Shown here in pieces: positions 50,597-61,943 of a DNA stretch of 64,000 nt. Under the pieces are notes generated by a model that searched no databases, was not told where the DNA came from, and saw nothing but the letters and a program-made list of their open reading frames with translations. The DNA lies in the IMG/VR virus record IMGVR_UViG_3300032304_000672, positions 1 through 64,000 of that record; one strand, 5' to 3'. Origin of the DNA: a virus. A program made the position numbers and the translations under genes. Numbering within the stretch: position 1 is the first letter of the stretch; every line of letters starts with the position of its first letter.

Positions 50597-52404
50597 ATGA
50601 CTGTTTCTCGTTTTAATAAATCAACAGTTAAAACTGGTAATCCAAAATATAATACTTTTAATGATAGTGTTATTCCTGCAAATGGAGTAGAGGTATTAAT
50701 CGTCGGCGGCGGAGGCGGCGGAGGATTTGCAGCAGGCGGAGGCGGCGGAGGCGGCGGGGTCGTATATCTTCCTTTATATCAGGTAGCTTTAGGACAAACA
50801 TATAGCGTAATTGTTGGCGGTGGACAAGCGGGCGCAACTACCTATCCACAAACACTTAGCAATGGGCAAAATAGTTCATTTGATAACATAATTGCATATG
50901 GTGGTGGAAGCGGTGCAGGGTACACGGGAAATGGTAACTCATCCGCAACAGGCGGAGGATCAGGAGGATCTGGAAGCGGAACGAACGGATCTAGCAGTTA
51001 TCAAAATCAAGGATTCGATGGAGGTTTTGGAAGAAACGTTGGCGGCGGCGGAGGCGGCGGCGCAGGAGGACCTGGGCAAAGCCCCTTGGTAACTACTGGA
51101 ATGGCAAATATGGCAGGATCTGGTGGTCCTGGAGTTTTATTTTATGAAAATTATTATGGCGGCGGAGGCGGCGGTGGTGGATTTAATCCTGCAACCTATC
51201 CAGCAAATGGCGGAGTTGGAGGCGGTGGCGCAGGAGGAGTTGCAACAGATTCTGGCGCAGAATCACCTGCACCAACTCCTGGGACAAATGGACTAGGCGG
51301 CGGAGGCGGCGGTGGTGGAGGATCGAAAAATGGAGCAGCAGGTGGTAATGGAACCGTGATAATAGTTTATCCTATTTCACAACGTGCAGCGATTGCTACA
51401 ACAGGAACAGTTAACATCACAACATATAGCGGTGGAACAAAACGTGCATATATATTTACATCAACTGGGAGTATAACTTTCTAATGACAAAATCATTTTC
51501 TACATCATCAATTAATTCTTTAATAAATCTTTCTTCTTTTAAAGATAAAATTTACGCAACTGGCGGTAATCAAGTTATTGATATTAATAATTTTAGATAT
51601 CATGTATTTACAAGCGTAGGTTTGAATTCTTTTCAAGTTTTGTCTGGAAAACAAAGCGTGGAAGTAATGATGTGTGGCGGTGGTGGTGCTGGAGGATACA
51701 GAATCGGCGGCGGTGGCGGTGGCGGAGAGTTAAAGTTATTCACAGCAACAACATTAAATCAAGGAGTATATCAAGTTATTGTAGGATACGGAGGTTTAAG
51801 AGGCACTGGTAGTAACGGGATAAAAAATAATGGTGGATCTTCCAGGCTTATAAAAGATTCAACAATTATTTTGTCGGCTTTAGGAGGCGGCGCTGGTGGC
51901 ACACAAGGAAATGGTGATGGAAACACTGGAGGCTCTGGCGGCGGAGCGAACGAATGGTCGCTTACTGGAACTGGTGGAAAACCAGGCCTTGCTGTTGGAT
52001 CTAATACAAATGCTGGTGGAGATTCAAGGACTAATCCCTGGGCAGGCGGTGGCGGTGGCGGAGTAACTGCTTCTGGTTCTTCAGCTTTTCCACTAGGAGG
52101 AAACGGCGGCGGAGGCGGCTCGGGAATTGTGTTAACAAATGTAGATTCAAATTTTACATCAGGAAATTTTTCAACATTTTCTGGAATGACAGTAATTTGT
52201 TCTGGAGGTGGCGGAGGTTCTTATAATTCAGGCACAACTGGTGGACCTGGTGGCACTGGTGCAGGATCTGGAGGAACCCCTAGCGTTGTCGCTACAAGCG
52301 CAACTTCTTTTGGCTCTGGCGGCGGTGGCGGCGGCGGAGATCAAGGTGGAGCACTTGGTTCAAGTGGGTACCAAGGTATTGTAGTTATTAAATATTCTTT
52401 ATAG
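50597..52404 (+). CDS. Two glycine-rich domain proteins (50597-51484, 51484-52404)
   Basis: Poly-Gly motifs; G.G.V.I.Y end motif. Confidence 0.8.
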
Positions 52405-52419
52405 TAGTATAATAATATT

Positions 52420-54165
52420 ATGAGTTATCAACTGAAGGTAATTAAAGATTATCCGATTGGCTTTTGGCCGTTGGATGAATCTTCGGGTACCACCGCTTCT
52501 GATATTTCAGGATGTGGAAATAACGCTACTTATGTAGGATCACCTGCATCAAACATGTTACCAATTATTCCAGGCGGCGGATCAGGAACTAAGATAACCA
52601 ATACTGCTTATATAACAGTACCAACATCAAAAGACTTTTATGGCTCATCCGTTTCAAACGGACTAGGCAATAAATACTCTTCAGACAACGACTTCACACT
52701 AGAATTATGGGTAAGCCCATCTATTCAGTCATCCACCCTAACCACACTGTTTGCAGACACTACAGACAAGATCGGTTTATATTGGGAAAAAGGCGATGTT
52801 CTATTTAAGGTTACAGATACAGAACAAATTAGGTGGGCTGTAACATATAGCAAAAAGGCAATGCACATTGTAGGAATATATTCCGTAAACTCTATTTCTT
52901 TATATATTGATGGAACTCAAGTAGCAACTAAAACTATAGACTCTAATTTTAAATTTACTAACACATCTTTAGACTTACAGATAGGACCAACATCAGATGC
53001 TGGAGATTCTTTTGTAGTAGATGCACCAGCAGTATATCGATATGGATTAAATGCGGCATCTATTAATAGACACTACAACGATGCCAATTATTACATTCAG
53101 CCAATACATGTTGTTAACCCAGAAGAGGGAGTGTTATTTTCCTGCTCTGATAGAACAAATAAAATAGATTTTAGCTACACCTATGGAGTAGATGCAACAT
53201 GGGATAGCTTTTTAGATTCAAATACTTACTATGACGATAAGGGAAAGTATATTGGATTTATTCCAACTGCCACCTCTGAATCAAAGTCATCGGTAATTAC
53301 TGATTTCTTGTTTATTCCAATGGAGTCGGGCTTTGTAGATTCTAAAATTGAATGGCGTAATGAATTAGGGATAACAGTAGAAACTAGCGTAGATGGAACT
53401 ACTTACTCAACTTGCGTAAATGGAGAATCAATTCCACAATATAAAAAGGGCAGCTTCGGTACAAGCGGACTCCTATATATTAAAATTACTATGGCTACTA
53501 CAGATGCCAGCAAGTTCTTGCCAAGATTATCATATTTCTCAATTAGATTTTATAGTCAGTCTAGAGTTTATGCAGATAACTTTAATAGTTATATTGAATC
53601 TAACAATCAATTCGCAATAGGATCTCTAAATTATTCCCCACTTCTAAGACATTACAATAATGGAATTAGACCAAATTCAGGATATGGATTTAATATCAAT
53701 ACTGGATTAAATATAAATACAGTAGAGATGTTTTTTACTCCTAAAACAACTGGAGCAAATACTTTATTTAGCCATGCAGCATCAGGCACTAAGTATGCCT
53801 GGAATGGGTCTGGCGTGGTCTCTAAGGCCTCTATAAGCAAAGTTTATATCAATGGGGTAGATAAGACCTCACAGACCAATATAAGCAATTTCCTGGTGGC
53901 TGGAGAGCCTCATCATATAGTCCTTGTATTTACTTCAGCAATAACTGGAGTCCTTCGGTTTAATTATGAAACTTCAGGCGGGCCAGATAATCTATACAAT
54001 AACATAGCAATATATAATAGAACGCTTACTCAGGCAGATGTTACCGCCCACTTTGATTTATATTGTGGCAGACCAACCTCTACAATCACTGATCCTGTAA
54101 TTGACCTGACAGAATTATCTCCTGAATATTACGATAATGACTGGGTCGTTATCCAAAGCGTCTAA
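52420..54165 (+). CDS. LamG/concanavalin-like domain virion protein
   Basis: FWPLDESSGT, FTLELW, HIVG.Y and LYIDG motifs. Confidence 0.8.
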   Translation: MSYQLKVIKDYPIGFWPLDESSGTTASDISGCGNNATYVGSPASNMLPIIPGGGSGTKITNTAYITVPTSKDFYGSSVSNGLGNKYSSDNDFTLELWVSPSIQSSTLTTLFADTTDKIGLYWEKGDVLFKVTDTEQIRWAVTYSKKAMHIVGIYSVNSISLYIDGTQVATKTIDSNFKFTNTSLDLQIGPTSDAGDSFVVDAPAVYRYGLNAASINRHYNDANYYIQPIHVVNPEEGVLFSCSDRTNKIDFSYTYGVDATWDSFLDSNTYYDDKGKYIGFIPTATSESKSSVITDFLFIPMESGFVDSKIEWRNELGITVETSVDGTTYSTCVNGESIPQYKKGSFGTSGLLYIKITMATTDASKFLPRLSYFSIRFYSQSRVYADNFNSYIESNNQFAIGSLNYSPLLRHYNNGIRPNSGYGFNINTGLNINTVEMFFTPKTTGANTLFSHAASGTKYAWNGSGVVSKASISKVYINGVDKTSQTNISNFLVAGEPHHIVLVFTSAITGVLRFNYETSGGPDNLYNNIAIYNRTLTQADVTAHFDLYCGRPTSTITDPVIDLTELSPEYYDNDWVVIQSV

Positions 54166-54228
54166 ATTTGTCATCTTCCGTGACAAAAAGCTGGACTTAA
54201 ACCATAAAGAGTGGTAAAATAAAATACT

Positions 54229-54573
54229 ATGGATATCAATAAAATAAATAGTCAAGTTATGGACGAAGAGTCTACCCTTGGGATCTATGTTTGGGAAATG
54301 CCAGACGGAAGATGGATTGGCGATGATGAGGGAAACTACTTGTCTATTACTTCTAAAAAGAATAATAAATCAAGAATTGAAGCCCTTGCTAAAGAGGTTA
54401 GAGGATTTGGTATCTATGAAGGGCAGCCTAAGTTTCTTAGCGCCCGTCGAAAAGTTACAGATGAAGAATTTGAAGAACAGCAATCAAGACTTAAGTGGGG
54501 CCTAGTTCCAGATCCTTTAGATATTGGTAACTACAAGGACGAAGTTAAAAAGTACGGTAATCTAAGGGGATAA
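54229..54573 (+). CDS. Conserved hypothetical protein preceding the portal
   Basis: ORF with its own -10. Confidence 0.75.
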   Translation: MDINKINSQVMDEESTLGIYVWEMPDGRWIGDDEGNYLSITSKKNNKSRIEALAKEVRGFGIYEGQPKFLSARRKVTDEEFEEQQSRLKWGLVPDPLDIGNYKDEVKKYGNLRG

Positions 54574-54575
54574 AG

Positions 54576-56156
54576 ATGCAATTTATGGAAGACGACGACT
54601 CAGCAGATATTTCAATTTCTAACATGGCGGATTGGATGAAGTTTAATACTCCAACACAATCAACAAGCAATGATCCTTTCAAGATTGAAGGAGAAGAGCT
54701 AACTAAAGTCTCAGGACTTGGTGCAACATTCCGTCGTAAAATGAATCGTGATCTTCAAAAGAGATTTCAAGGAATTGAAGGAACAGAGACTCAGCAGAAC
54801 CTGCTTGCACAGGCAATTACAGGCTATGCAATGTTCGATCTTATTGAACCTCCATATAACTTAGATTATCTTTCTCGTATTTATGAAATTTCTCCATATA
54901 ACTATGCAGCAATTAATGCTAAAGTTTCTAATATCGTAGGCCTAGGCCACGACTTTGTAGAAACAAGAAAAACAAATGAAGCTTTCGATAATATTACAGA
55001 TGACAAGTCTTTAGAACGTGCACGACGTAAACTTAATAGACTACGTCAAGATCTATATGAGTGGTTAGAGCAGTGCAACGAAGAAGAAACATTTACAGAA
55101 ACATTAATAAAAGCTTACACAGATGTTGAATCTACAGGAAATGGCTATATCGAAATTGGCAGAACATCTGCTGGAAAGATTGGCTATATCGGACATATTC
55201 CAGCAAAGACAATGCGTGTGCGTCGCCTACGTGATGGCTTTATTCAATTGCTTTACGGCAAGGCAGTTTACTTCCGTAACTTTGGAGATCAAGATACACC
55301 GAATCCGATTGATGGCGGACTAGAGAGACCAAATGAGATTATTCATTTAAAGAAGTACACTCCAACAAATAACTATTATGGTATTCCAGATATCGTAGCG
55401 TCTTCAAATGCTATGGCTGGAAACGAGTTTGCTGGCAAGTACAACCTTGATTACTTTGAGAATAAGGCGGTCCCAAGATACATTATCACAGTAAAGGGAG
55501 CTAAATTATCTACAGAGTCAGAGCGTAAGCTCCTTGAATTTTTCCAGGTTGGCCTAAGAGGAAAGAATCACAGATCCCTATATATTCCGCTTCCACCAGA
55601 TTCACCAGACTCAAAGGTTGAATTTAAGATGGAGCCAATTGAGGCAGGAACTCAGGAGTCCTCATTTAACGTGTATCGTAAATCTAATAGAGATGAAATC
55701 CTATTATCTCACCGTGTCCCAATTAATAAAATTGGAACTCCAGAAGGAGTTAATTTAGCGGTAGCAAGAGATGCCGATAAAACATTTAGAGAGCAAGTAT
55801 GTCGTCCAGCTCAAATGAATTTAGAAAAGAAATTAAATAAAATTATTGAAGAGATGACCGATGCCCTATTACTTAAATTTAATGAGCTTACTTTGACCGA
55901 TGAGGATACTCAATCCAAGATCGATGAGCGATATTTGAGAATGCAGGTAATTACCCCTAATGAAGTTAGAATTAGAATGGGTATGGTTCCAATTGATGGT
56001 GGAGATAAAGTCGTAGAATTAAAGCCACAAGCTGCAGCAGAACAAAGAGCCCAAGCAGGGCAGACCAGAACCAGAGATTCTGAAAGGTCTGCAAATTCAC
56101 CAGATATTTCTGGAGAGGGCAGAAATGCTCAGGGCGACGGAAGACAAGTCAACTGA
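54576..56156 (+). CDS. Portal protein
   Basis: GNGYIE, EIIH, YYGIP, YFEN.A.P, HRVP and ITPNEVR motifs. Confidence 0.92.
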   Translation: MQFMEDDDSADISISNMADWMKFNTPTQSTSNDPFKIEGEELTKVSGLGATFRRKMNRDLQKRFQGIEGTETQQNLLAQAITGYAMFDLIEPPYNLDYLSRIYEISPYNYAAINAKVSNIVGLGHDFVETRKTNEAFDNITDDKSLERARRKLNRLRQDLYEWLEQCNEEETFTETLIKAYTDVESTGNGYIEIGRTSAGKIGYIGHIPAKTMRVRRLRDGFIQLLYGKAVYFRNFGDQDTPNPIDGGLERPNEIIHLKKYTPTNNYYGIPDIVASSNAMAGNEFAGKYNLDYFENKAVPRYIITVKGAKLSTESERKLLEFFQVGLRGKNHRSLYIPLPPDSPDSKVEFKMEPIEAGTQESSFNVYRKSNRDEILLSHRVPINKIGTPEGVNLAVARDADKTFREQVCRPAQMNLEKKLNKIIEEMTDALLLKFNELTLTDEDTQSKIDERYLRMQVITPNEVRIRMGMVPIDGGDKVVELKPQAAAEQRAQAGQTRTRDSERSANSPDISGEGRNAQGDGRQVN

Positions 56157-56209
56157 CCCTACTCGACCAGTATTTGCCTTATATACAATAACGTTATAAA
56201 ATTAAGCAT

Positions 56210-57526
56210 ATGAACATTGAAAAATCACTTTGGTCTTCGCATGGCGACAACATTACGTTGTCCGTGCCATTCACCAAAGTTAACCGTGAAAAAAGAACAG
56301 TCTCAGGATTTGCAACTCTAGATAATCTTGATCAGACTGGTGATGTTGTTACAGCAGAAGCAAGCCTAAAAGCATTTGAAAGTTTTCGTGGAAACATTCG
56401 TGAGATGCACGGGTCAAACGCAGTTGGTAAAATGGTTTCATTTAAACCAGAAACATTTTATGATCCAACAACAAAAGAATTTTACAATGGAGTTTATGTT
56501 GACGCATACATCTCAAAGGGCGCACAAGATACTTGGGAAAAGATTCTTGATGGCACATTAGCAGGATTTTCAATTGGCGGAAAGATTGTAGATTCAGAAA
56601 ACGAAGTTAACAAGTCTACAGGTAAGCCAGTTAGATTTATTAAAGAATACTCATTGATGGAGTTGTCAGTAGTTGACTCACCAGCAAACGAGCTATGCAA
56701 CATCTTGTCTGTTCAGAAAATGAATGGTCAGCTAGTATTTAAAGGAATGGCAACAGAAGTTGTAGCAGAAAATATTTTTTATTGTGAAGATAGCGATTCA
56801 GTATTTGTATCAACAGAGTCATCATATGATTCACCAGTTACAGGTAAGCCTGCAACATTGATCGGATGGGTAGAATCAAACGATGTTAACAAAGCAAAAG
56901 AAATAGATAAGATTCTTGATTTACATAAAAGATCAAGATTGTCCTTGCCTGAAACACAAATTGCAAAACAGGCAGACATAGAAGGAGGTAATGAAGTGTC
57001 AGAAAATACAGAAACAGTATCAGTCGAAGAGACTGTAGTAGAAACTCCTGTTGAAGAAGCACCAGTTGTTGCTGAAGAAGCACCAGCAGTTGTAGACGCA
57101 CCAGCAGAATCAACAGACGCTTCTGCCGAAACTCTAGAAAAAGCAGCCGACGTATCAGAAGTTATGGTTGATGAACCTGATTTTGCAAAGATGCTTGGCG
57201 ATCTTAAGGGATTTTTCTCAGAGACATTGAATAAGGCTTCAGAAGCAAATGCTGCTCAAGTTACAACTATTAAAGATACAGTTGAAACTTTCAGCAAGAG
57301 CGTAGATGGTCGAATTTCAGAATTGGCAGAACAGCATGCAGCACTTTCAAAGGCTGTAGAAAATATCAAGAGCACGATTGATGGCGTAGAGAAGCGTGTC
57401 GATGCAGTAGAATCAGAGACTGCAATTAAGAAGTCCTCGGACCTTGGCGGGTCTCAGGAAGTAACAATCAAAAAATCAAAGTGGAACGGTTCTTTCCTCG
57501 GTTCCGTAAATGAAATTTTTAACTAA
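56210..57526 (+). CDS. Prohead protease fused to an acidic scaffold region
   Basis: REMH, GFSIGG and ELSVVDSPAN motifs. Confidence 0.9.
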   Translation: MNIEKSLWSSHGDNITLSVPFTKVNREKRTVSGFATLDNLDQTGDVVTAEASLKAFESFRGNIREMHGSNAVGKMVSFKPETFYDPTTKEFYNGVYVDAYISKGAQDTWEKILDGTLAGFSIGGKIVDSENEVNKSTGKPVRFIKEYSLMELSVVDSPANELCNILSVQKMNGQLVFKGMATEVVAENIFYCEDSDSVFVSTESSYDSPVTGKPATLIGWVESNDVNKAKEIDKILDLHKRSRLSLPETQIAKQADIEGGNEVSENTETVSVEETVVETPVEEAPVVAEEAPAVVDAPAESTDASAETLEKAADVSEVMVDEPDFAKMLGDLKGFFSETLNKASEANAAQVTTIKDTVETFSKSVDGRISELAEQHAALSKAVENIKSTIDGVEKRVDAVESETAIKKSSDLGGSQEVTIKKSKWNGSFLGSVNEIFN

Positions 57527-57548
57527 AAAAGGTAGGTGAAAATATAAA

Positions 57549-58613
57549 ATGAGTAATGAACTATTAGCGAAGACAATCGCAGCAGGTACAACTGCTACAG
57601 GCACATTCACTTCCATTGCTGACACAGGTTCTAACGTAACTGGTGTTCATCAGGGCAGCGAAGCAGGCAACGGCGGTCTTCTAAACGCAGAACAATCAGC
57701 TCGCTTCCTGGACTACATGTTCGACGCTACCGTAATCGGTAAGGTCGCACGTACTGTCCGAATGAGAGCAGACACAACTGAGATTGATCGTATGTCAGTA
57801 GGCGAGAAGCTTATGAAGCTCGCAACTGAAGGAGATGACACAGCAGCAAACAGCGCTGTAACTTTCTCAAAGATCTCTCTCACAACAAAGAAACTTCGTC
57901 TAGATTGGGAACTTTCAACTGAGTCTCTAGAAGACAATATTGAAGGTCCAGACCTAGAAGATCACATTGCACGTATGATGGCAACACAGGCAGGTAACGA
58001 TATTGAAGACGTAGTCCTCAATGGAAATACAGCTCTTTCATCAGACGCACTATACAAGTCATTTGACGGTGTAGTAAAGAAGGCTAAGGCCTATGGACAC
58101 GTTGTAGACGCAGGTGGAGCTGCAGTAAGCCGTGCTGTATTTAACAGCGCTCTTAAGGCTCTTCCACGTAAGTACAAGCAACGTCGTGCAGACCTTCGTT
58201 TCTTGGCAGGATCAAACCTAATCCAAGACTTCCTATATGCTAACAGCATTGGAACAAACAACACAATTCCACAGGATATCGCTTCAAGCGTAATCCGTGG
58301 TCAAGGTGTACAGCCACTAGGTGGCCCAGCAGGATATGTGGCACCATTCGCATTCGGTATTCCGATTGTTGAAGTTCCACTTCTTCCAGAGGCACAGGAT
58401 GGCGATTATTCAGGAGAGACTGGTAATCACGGAGATATCCACTTGACATTCCCAAATAACGTAGTTATTGGTATCAAGCGTGATGTAACTGTTTATCGCT
58501 TCTTCTGGCCACGTAAGGACTCAATTGAGTACACAATGTATACTCGTGTTGGCGTCCAGATCGAGCAAGCAGACGCTTGGGTCGTTGTTAAGAACGTTAA
58601 GGTAGCATCATAA
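57549..58613 (+). CDS. Major capsid protein (HK97 fold)
   Basis: GGLL, ESLEDNIE, NG and DG motifs; position after the protease; terminator follows. Confidence 0.92.
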   Translation: MSNELLAKTIAAGTTATGTFTSIADTGSNVTGVHQGSEAGNGGLLNAEQSARFLDYMFDATVIGKVARTVRMRADTTEIDRMSVGEKLMKLATEGDDTAANSAVTFSKISLTTKKLRLDWELSTESLEDNIEGPDLEDHIARMMATQAGNDIEDVVLNGNTALSSDALYKSFDGVVKKAKAYGHVVDAGGAAVSRAVFNSALKALPRKYKQRRADLRFLAGSNLIQDFLYANSIGTNNTIPQDIASSVIRGQGVQPLGGPAGYVAPFAFGIPIVEVPLLPEAQDGDYSGETGNHGDIHLTFPNNVVIGIKRDVTVYRFFWPRKDSIEYTMYTRVGVQIEQADAWVVVKNVKVAS

Positions 58614-58636
58614 TTTAATTATTGCTAACCAGCTGG

Positions 58637-58672
58637 AAAGGCCCCCGAATTAATTTTTGGGGGCTTTTCATT
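58637..58672 (+). terminator. Intrinsic terminator
   Basis: AAAGGCCCCC/GGGGGCTTTT. Confidence 0.85.
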
Positions 58673-58720
58673 TTAATTTAGTAATGCTATAATTGTTTAG
58701 AGTAGAAATAGGAGATTTAC

Positions 58721-59122
58721 ATGTCATTTGAGACATTGAAGGTTTCAGAAATAAAGAAAATTGCAGAAGATTTTGCAGTTGATACAGACGGCTTAAAAAA
58801 TAAAGCCGATATTATTGCGGCCCTTGCAGAAGAAGGCGTAACCTGGTCTGTATATAACAAGACCATTGAAAAGATGGAAGAAGACGAAGAAGATATGGCA
58901 GTAGAGGTATTACCTAAGTTCGATCCAAAGGCGGAACATCCAGAGGATACAGTGCTAGTAAGAATGACCAGAGCTAATTTTAGATATGATATTATGGGGT
59001 ATACGTTCACAAAAGAGCACCCATTTGTAGCAATGCATAAAGAAGATGCTCAAGAAATTTTTGACAGGGAGGAAGGGTTTAGATTAGCAACTCCAAAGGA
59101 AGTTCAGGAGTATTACAACTAA
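58721..59122 (+). CDS. Rho-N/HeH-like domain protein
   Basis: LKVSEIKKIA...KADII pattern. Confidence 0.65.
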   Translation: MSFETLKVSEIKKIAEDFAVDTDGLKNKADIIAALAEEGVTWSVYNKTIEKMEEDEEDMAVEVLPKFDPKAEHPEDTVLVRMTRANFRYDIMGYTFTKEHPFVAMHKEDAQEIFDREEGFRLATPKEVQEYYN

Positions 59123-59135
59123 CTAAACCTACACT

Positions 59136-60110
59136 ATGGAAATTTATGTAGGATCAACTAACCCAGTAAAACACAAAGTGTTTTGGAGGGGCGAACCAAC
59201 AGACGCAGACTCTAACCCAACAGTTACAGTTTATGATATTACCAACGATCCAGAAACAAACATAAATCCAAACACTGCTTTGTACTCAAATCTGGCTACC
59301 GAGAAAGCAGAAACTGACATTGGTGTTTATAATTTAAATCTACCAGTAAATGCAACATATAAGTCTAGAGAATTAAAACTTGTATGGTCTTATGTCGTTC
59401 AAGGCAGCTCTCAGTCTAAAGAACATAAACTATTCGTGGTTGTTCCTTACGTAGACCTTGCTCAGGCCTCTGATAGTTTAGGTGTTGGAAATGATCCATC
59501 GGATCCGAATTATAAAACATTTAATGAAATATCTGCAGCTGAAAGATATGCTCGTAAAGTAATAGAAAATCACACAGGCCAAAAGTTTTACACATATTCA
59601 GAGACATGTTCTGTTTACGGCGTAGATTCAGACACTCTTGTGTTACCTTCTAGAATAGAGTCCTTATATAAGTTATATTCAAATGACATACTTTTAGAAG
59701 ACAATTTAAATAATATTGATAATTGGAATTATAAGGTAGATGTTACTGAGAGCGGATTTGGTTTGCGTATAAATAGAGCCAACATGCTCGATAATACAGT
59801 TTACACTGCAAATGGCATGGTTCCTCCAACAATTCATGATTACTCTGGTATTTTTAAAAGAGGAGTAAGATATAAAGTATTTGGAAAATTTGGATGGGAC
59901 GAAGTTCCAGATGAAGTAGAGCTAGCAACAATAGAATTAATGAAAGATTATTTTTCTAAAGATAATCTATGGAGAAATAAGTACATCAATAAGATCTCAA
60001 CATTTGACTGGGATTTTGAGTACGGAAGCGGATCAACTTCAGGAACTGGAAATCTGTATGCAGATCAATTGCTTTCAGACTATGTAGTTTCTAAAGTTAT
60101 ACTTATCTAA
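59136..60110 (+). CDS. Head-tail adaptor
   Basis: Synteny; IENHTGQ.F and GW..VPDEV motifs. Confidence 0.75.
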   Translation: MEIYVGSTNPVKHKVFWRGEPTDADSNPTVTVYDITNDPETNINPNTALYSNLATEKAETDIGVYNLNLPVNATYKSRELKLVWSYVVQGSSQSKEHKLFVVVPYVDLAQASDSLGVGNDPSDPNYKTFNEISAAERYARKVIENHTGQKFYTYSETCSVYGVDSDTLVLPSRIESLYKLYSNDILLEDNLNNIDNWNYKVDVTESGFGLRINRANMLDNTVYTANGMVPPTIHDYSGIFKRGVRYKVFGKFGWDEVPDEVELATIELMKDYFSKDNLWRNKYINKISTFDWDFEYGSGSTSGTGNLYADQLLSDYVVSKVILI

Positions 60111-60538
60111 TGAATGGAATTATAGACTCAGTCCTGTCTATGAATTTAGATGTTTACAAACAATTTGAAGTTCAAGACACTGATACAGGAGCAATCGTTA
60201 GAGAGTGGAACTATTACAGAACCGTTCCCTGCCACGTAAAAGGAGTTATTAGCAACTCTGCTACTACTAGGTCTAGCGACAAGCAACTATTTTCAAACAA
60301 ATATATAAACGATCAGGTTATTCAAGTACGAACAATAGAAAAGTTAACTATTAGAGAAAAAGTTACAAACATTAGAGACTCTCAGGGGAACGCCATTTGG
60401 ACAGAAATTAATTATCCTAATGATACCCCTACAGTTTTTGAAGTAATGGGAACTACTCCAGTCACAGATCCTTTTGGAAGAGTAATAGGATACAACTCAG
60501 CAATGAAGAGATCGGAGAATCAGCAAATTGGACAATAG
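60110..60538 (+). CDS. Head closure (stopper) protein
   Basis: Synteny and size. Confidence 0.6.
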   Translation: MNGIIDSVLSMNLDVYKQFEVQDTDTGAIVREWNYYRTVPCHVKGVISNSATTRSSDKQLFSNKYINDQVIQVRTIEKLTIREKVTNIRDSQGNAIWTEINYPNDTPTVFEVMGTTPVTDPFGRVIGYNSAMKRSENQQIGQ

Positions 60539-61310
60539 CGGAATGCTGATTCAAGCGGCAAGCGGACTTGAAAGAATGATGTACGCAAATCAAAACGGAC
60601 CACTGAAAGATAGTACAGTTGCACAGATATCAGCTTATGTATATTATGAGGCAGCCGTAATATCTAAGCTTACAACAAATGCTAAATTTAAAGCAGCATT
60701 TACAAAGATAATGTTTGACCAGATAGATACAGATTTTGGCAACTATATTGATGCACTGGCAAGATCAAAACCTAAATCACTACATCATGTTTATGAATGG
60801 AAAAAGTCAGGAAACAAGTCTTCAAGACTTTTTAAGCTTAATAAGATTTCAGATGATGGATTATCATTTAGAGTAAACTACACACTACTTCCCTCAAAGT
60901 CTATGGTGCCTACAACAAACGGTAAAAGAAGACACGTATTTGTAAACAAAGCTTCTATAATGGAAGAAGGAAAGCCTTTAGTAATTAGGCCAAAAAATTC
61001 AGATAGACTTGTTTTTCAAGTTGACGGAGAAACAGTATTTATGCCAAAGGGCAAATCAGTTACAGTAAAAAGACCTGGTGGATCAGCAGCAACAAATCAA
61101 TTTAGCTTAGCTCATTCAAGATTTTTTAGCGGAAGATTGGTAAACGAATCAATAAAAAGATCTGGTTTTCAAAAGATATTTAACTCAAGCCTTACTAAAG
61201 CCTTAAGCGTTCCTGCTGATATTAAAAAGGTTCAGTATTCATTTTCACCAAATACAATTAAGTCTCAGGCAGATGCAGCATTAACTGCGTCATTTGGAGG
61301 TGCAATGTGA
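60528..61310 (+). CDS. Neck/tail-completion protein
   Basis: Synteny. Confidence 0.55.
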   Translation: MDNSGMLIQAASGLERMMYANQNGPLKDSTVAQISAYVYYEAAVISKLTTNAKFKAAFTKIMFDQIDTDFGNYIDALARSKPKSLHHVYEWKKSGNKSSRLFKLNKISDDGLSFRVNYTLLPSKSMVPTTNGKRRHVFVNKASIMEEGKPLVIRPKNSDRLVFQVDGETVFMPKGKSVTVKRPGGSAATNQFSLAHSRFFSGRLVNESIKRSGFQKIFNSSLTKALSVPADIKKVQYSFSPNTIKSQADAALTASFGGAM

Positions 61311-61819
61311 CGGCTAACTATAAATTAGATGCGATGCTTGAACTAAGAAAGTATCTATGGAAAGAGCTATATACAAGAAATATATTTGACGAGGATGATT
61401 ACTGGTCAGACAATCTAAATGAAAATATAGTTCCAATTATTCCAGTTCAACAGTCTGCCGAAATGAATCAATTCTTGAGCGGAAAGAAGCATATAGTCTA
61501 TGATAAGATTGGAATGTCATATGATGACAACTGGCTAATATGCTGCGAGCAGATCTTGTTTACTCTATATTCAACTTCAGTAGCAGAGATTAATGAGATT
61601 AGAAACTATATGACTGATGAGTTTAGAAGAATGGATGAGTCAGCTAGAGACATAAATCAATGGTCAGGGCTTTCAGATAAGTTTAAATTTCATACTATTT
61701 GGGTTGCCGATATCTCCCCTACAGCCCCATCAGAAGAGCTTCAGGGATTTTTCTCTGCTGAGGTTATCTTAGAAATAAAGTATTCAAGAATTACAGACGG
61801 TCAGGGCAGGTTCCTTTAG
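61307..61819 (+). CDS. Tail terminator
   Basis: Synteny; directly before the tail tube. Confidence 0.6.
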   Translation: MTANYKLDAMLELRKYLWKELYTRNIFDEDDYWSDNLNENIVPIIPVQQSAEMNQFLSGKKHIVYDKIGMSYDDNWLICCEQILFTLYSTSVAEINEIRNYMTDEFRRMDESARDINQWSGLSDKFKFHTIWVADISPTAPSEELQGFFSAEVILEIKYSRITDGQGRFL

Positions 61820-61943
61820 GGTTTGCCTTTTTACCCTTAATGCAATAGAATTATACCAAGAGGGAAGAGGCCTAGCCAGCCAAGATTTAAAATTTGATTT
61901 TACAATTTAATAACCAAAGAATTCCAGGAGGTGGAAACACAAT

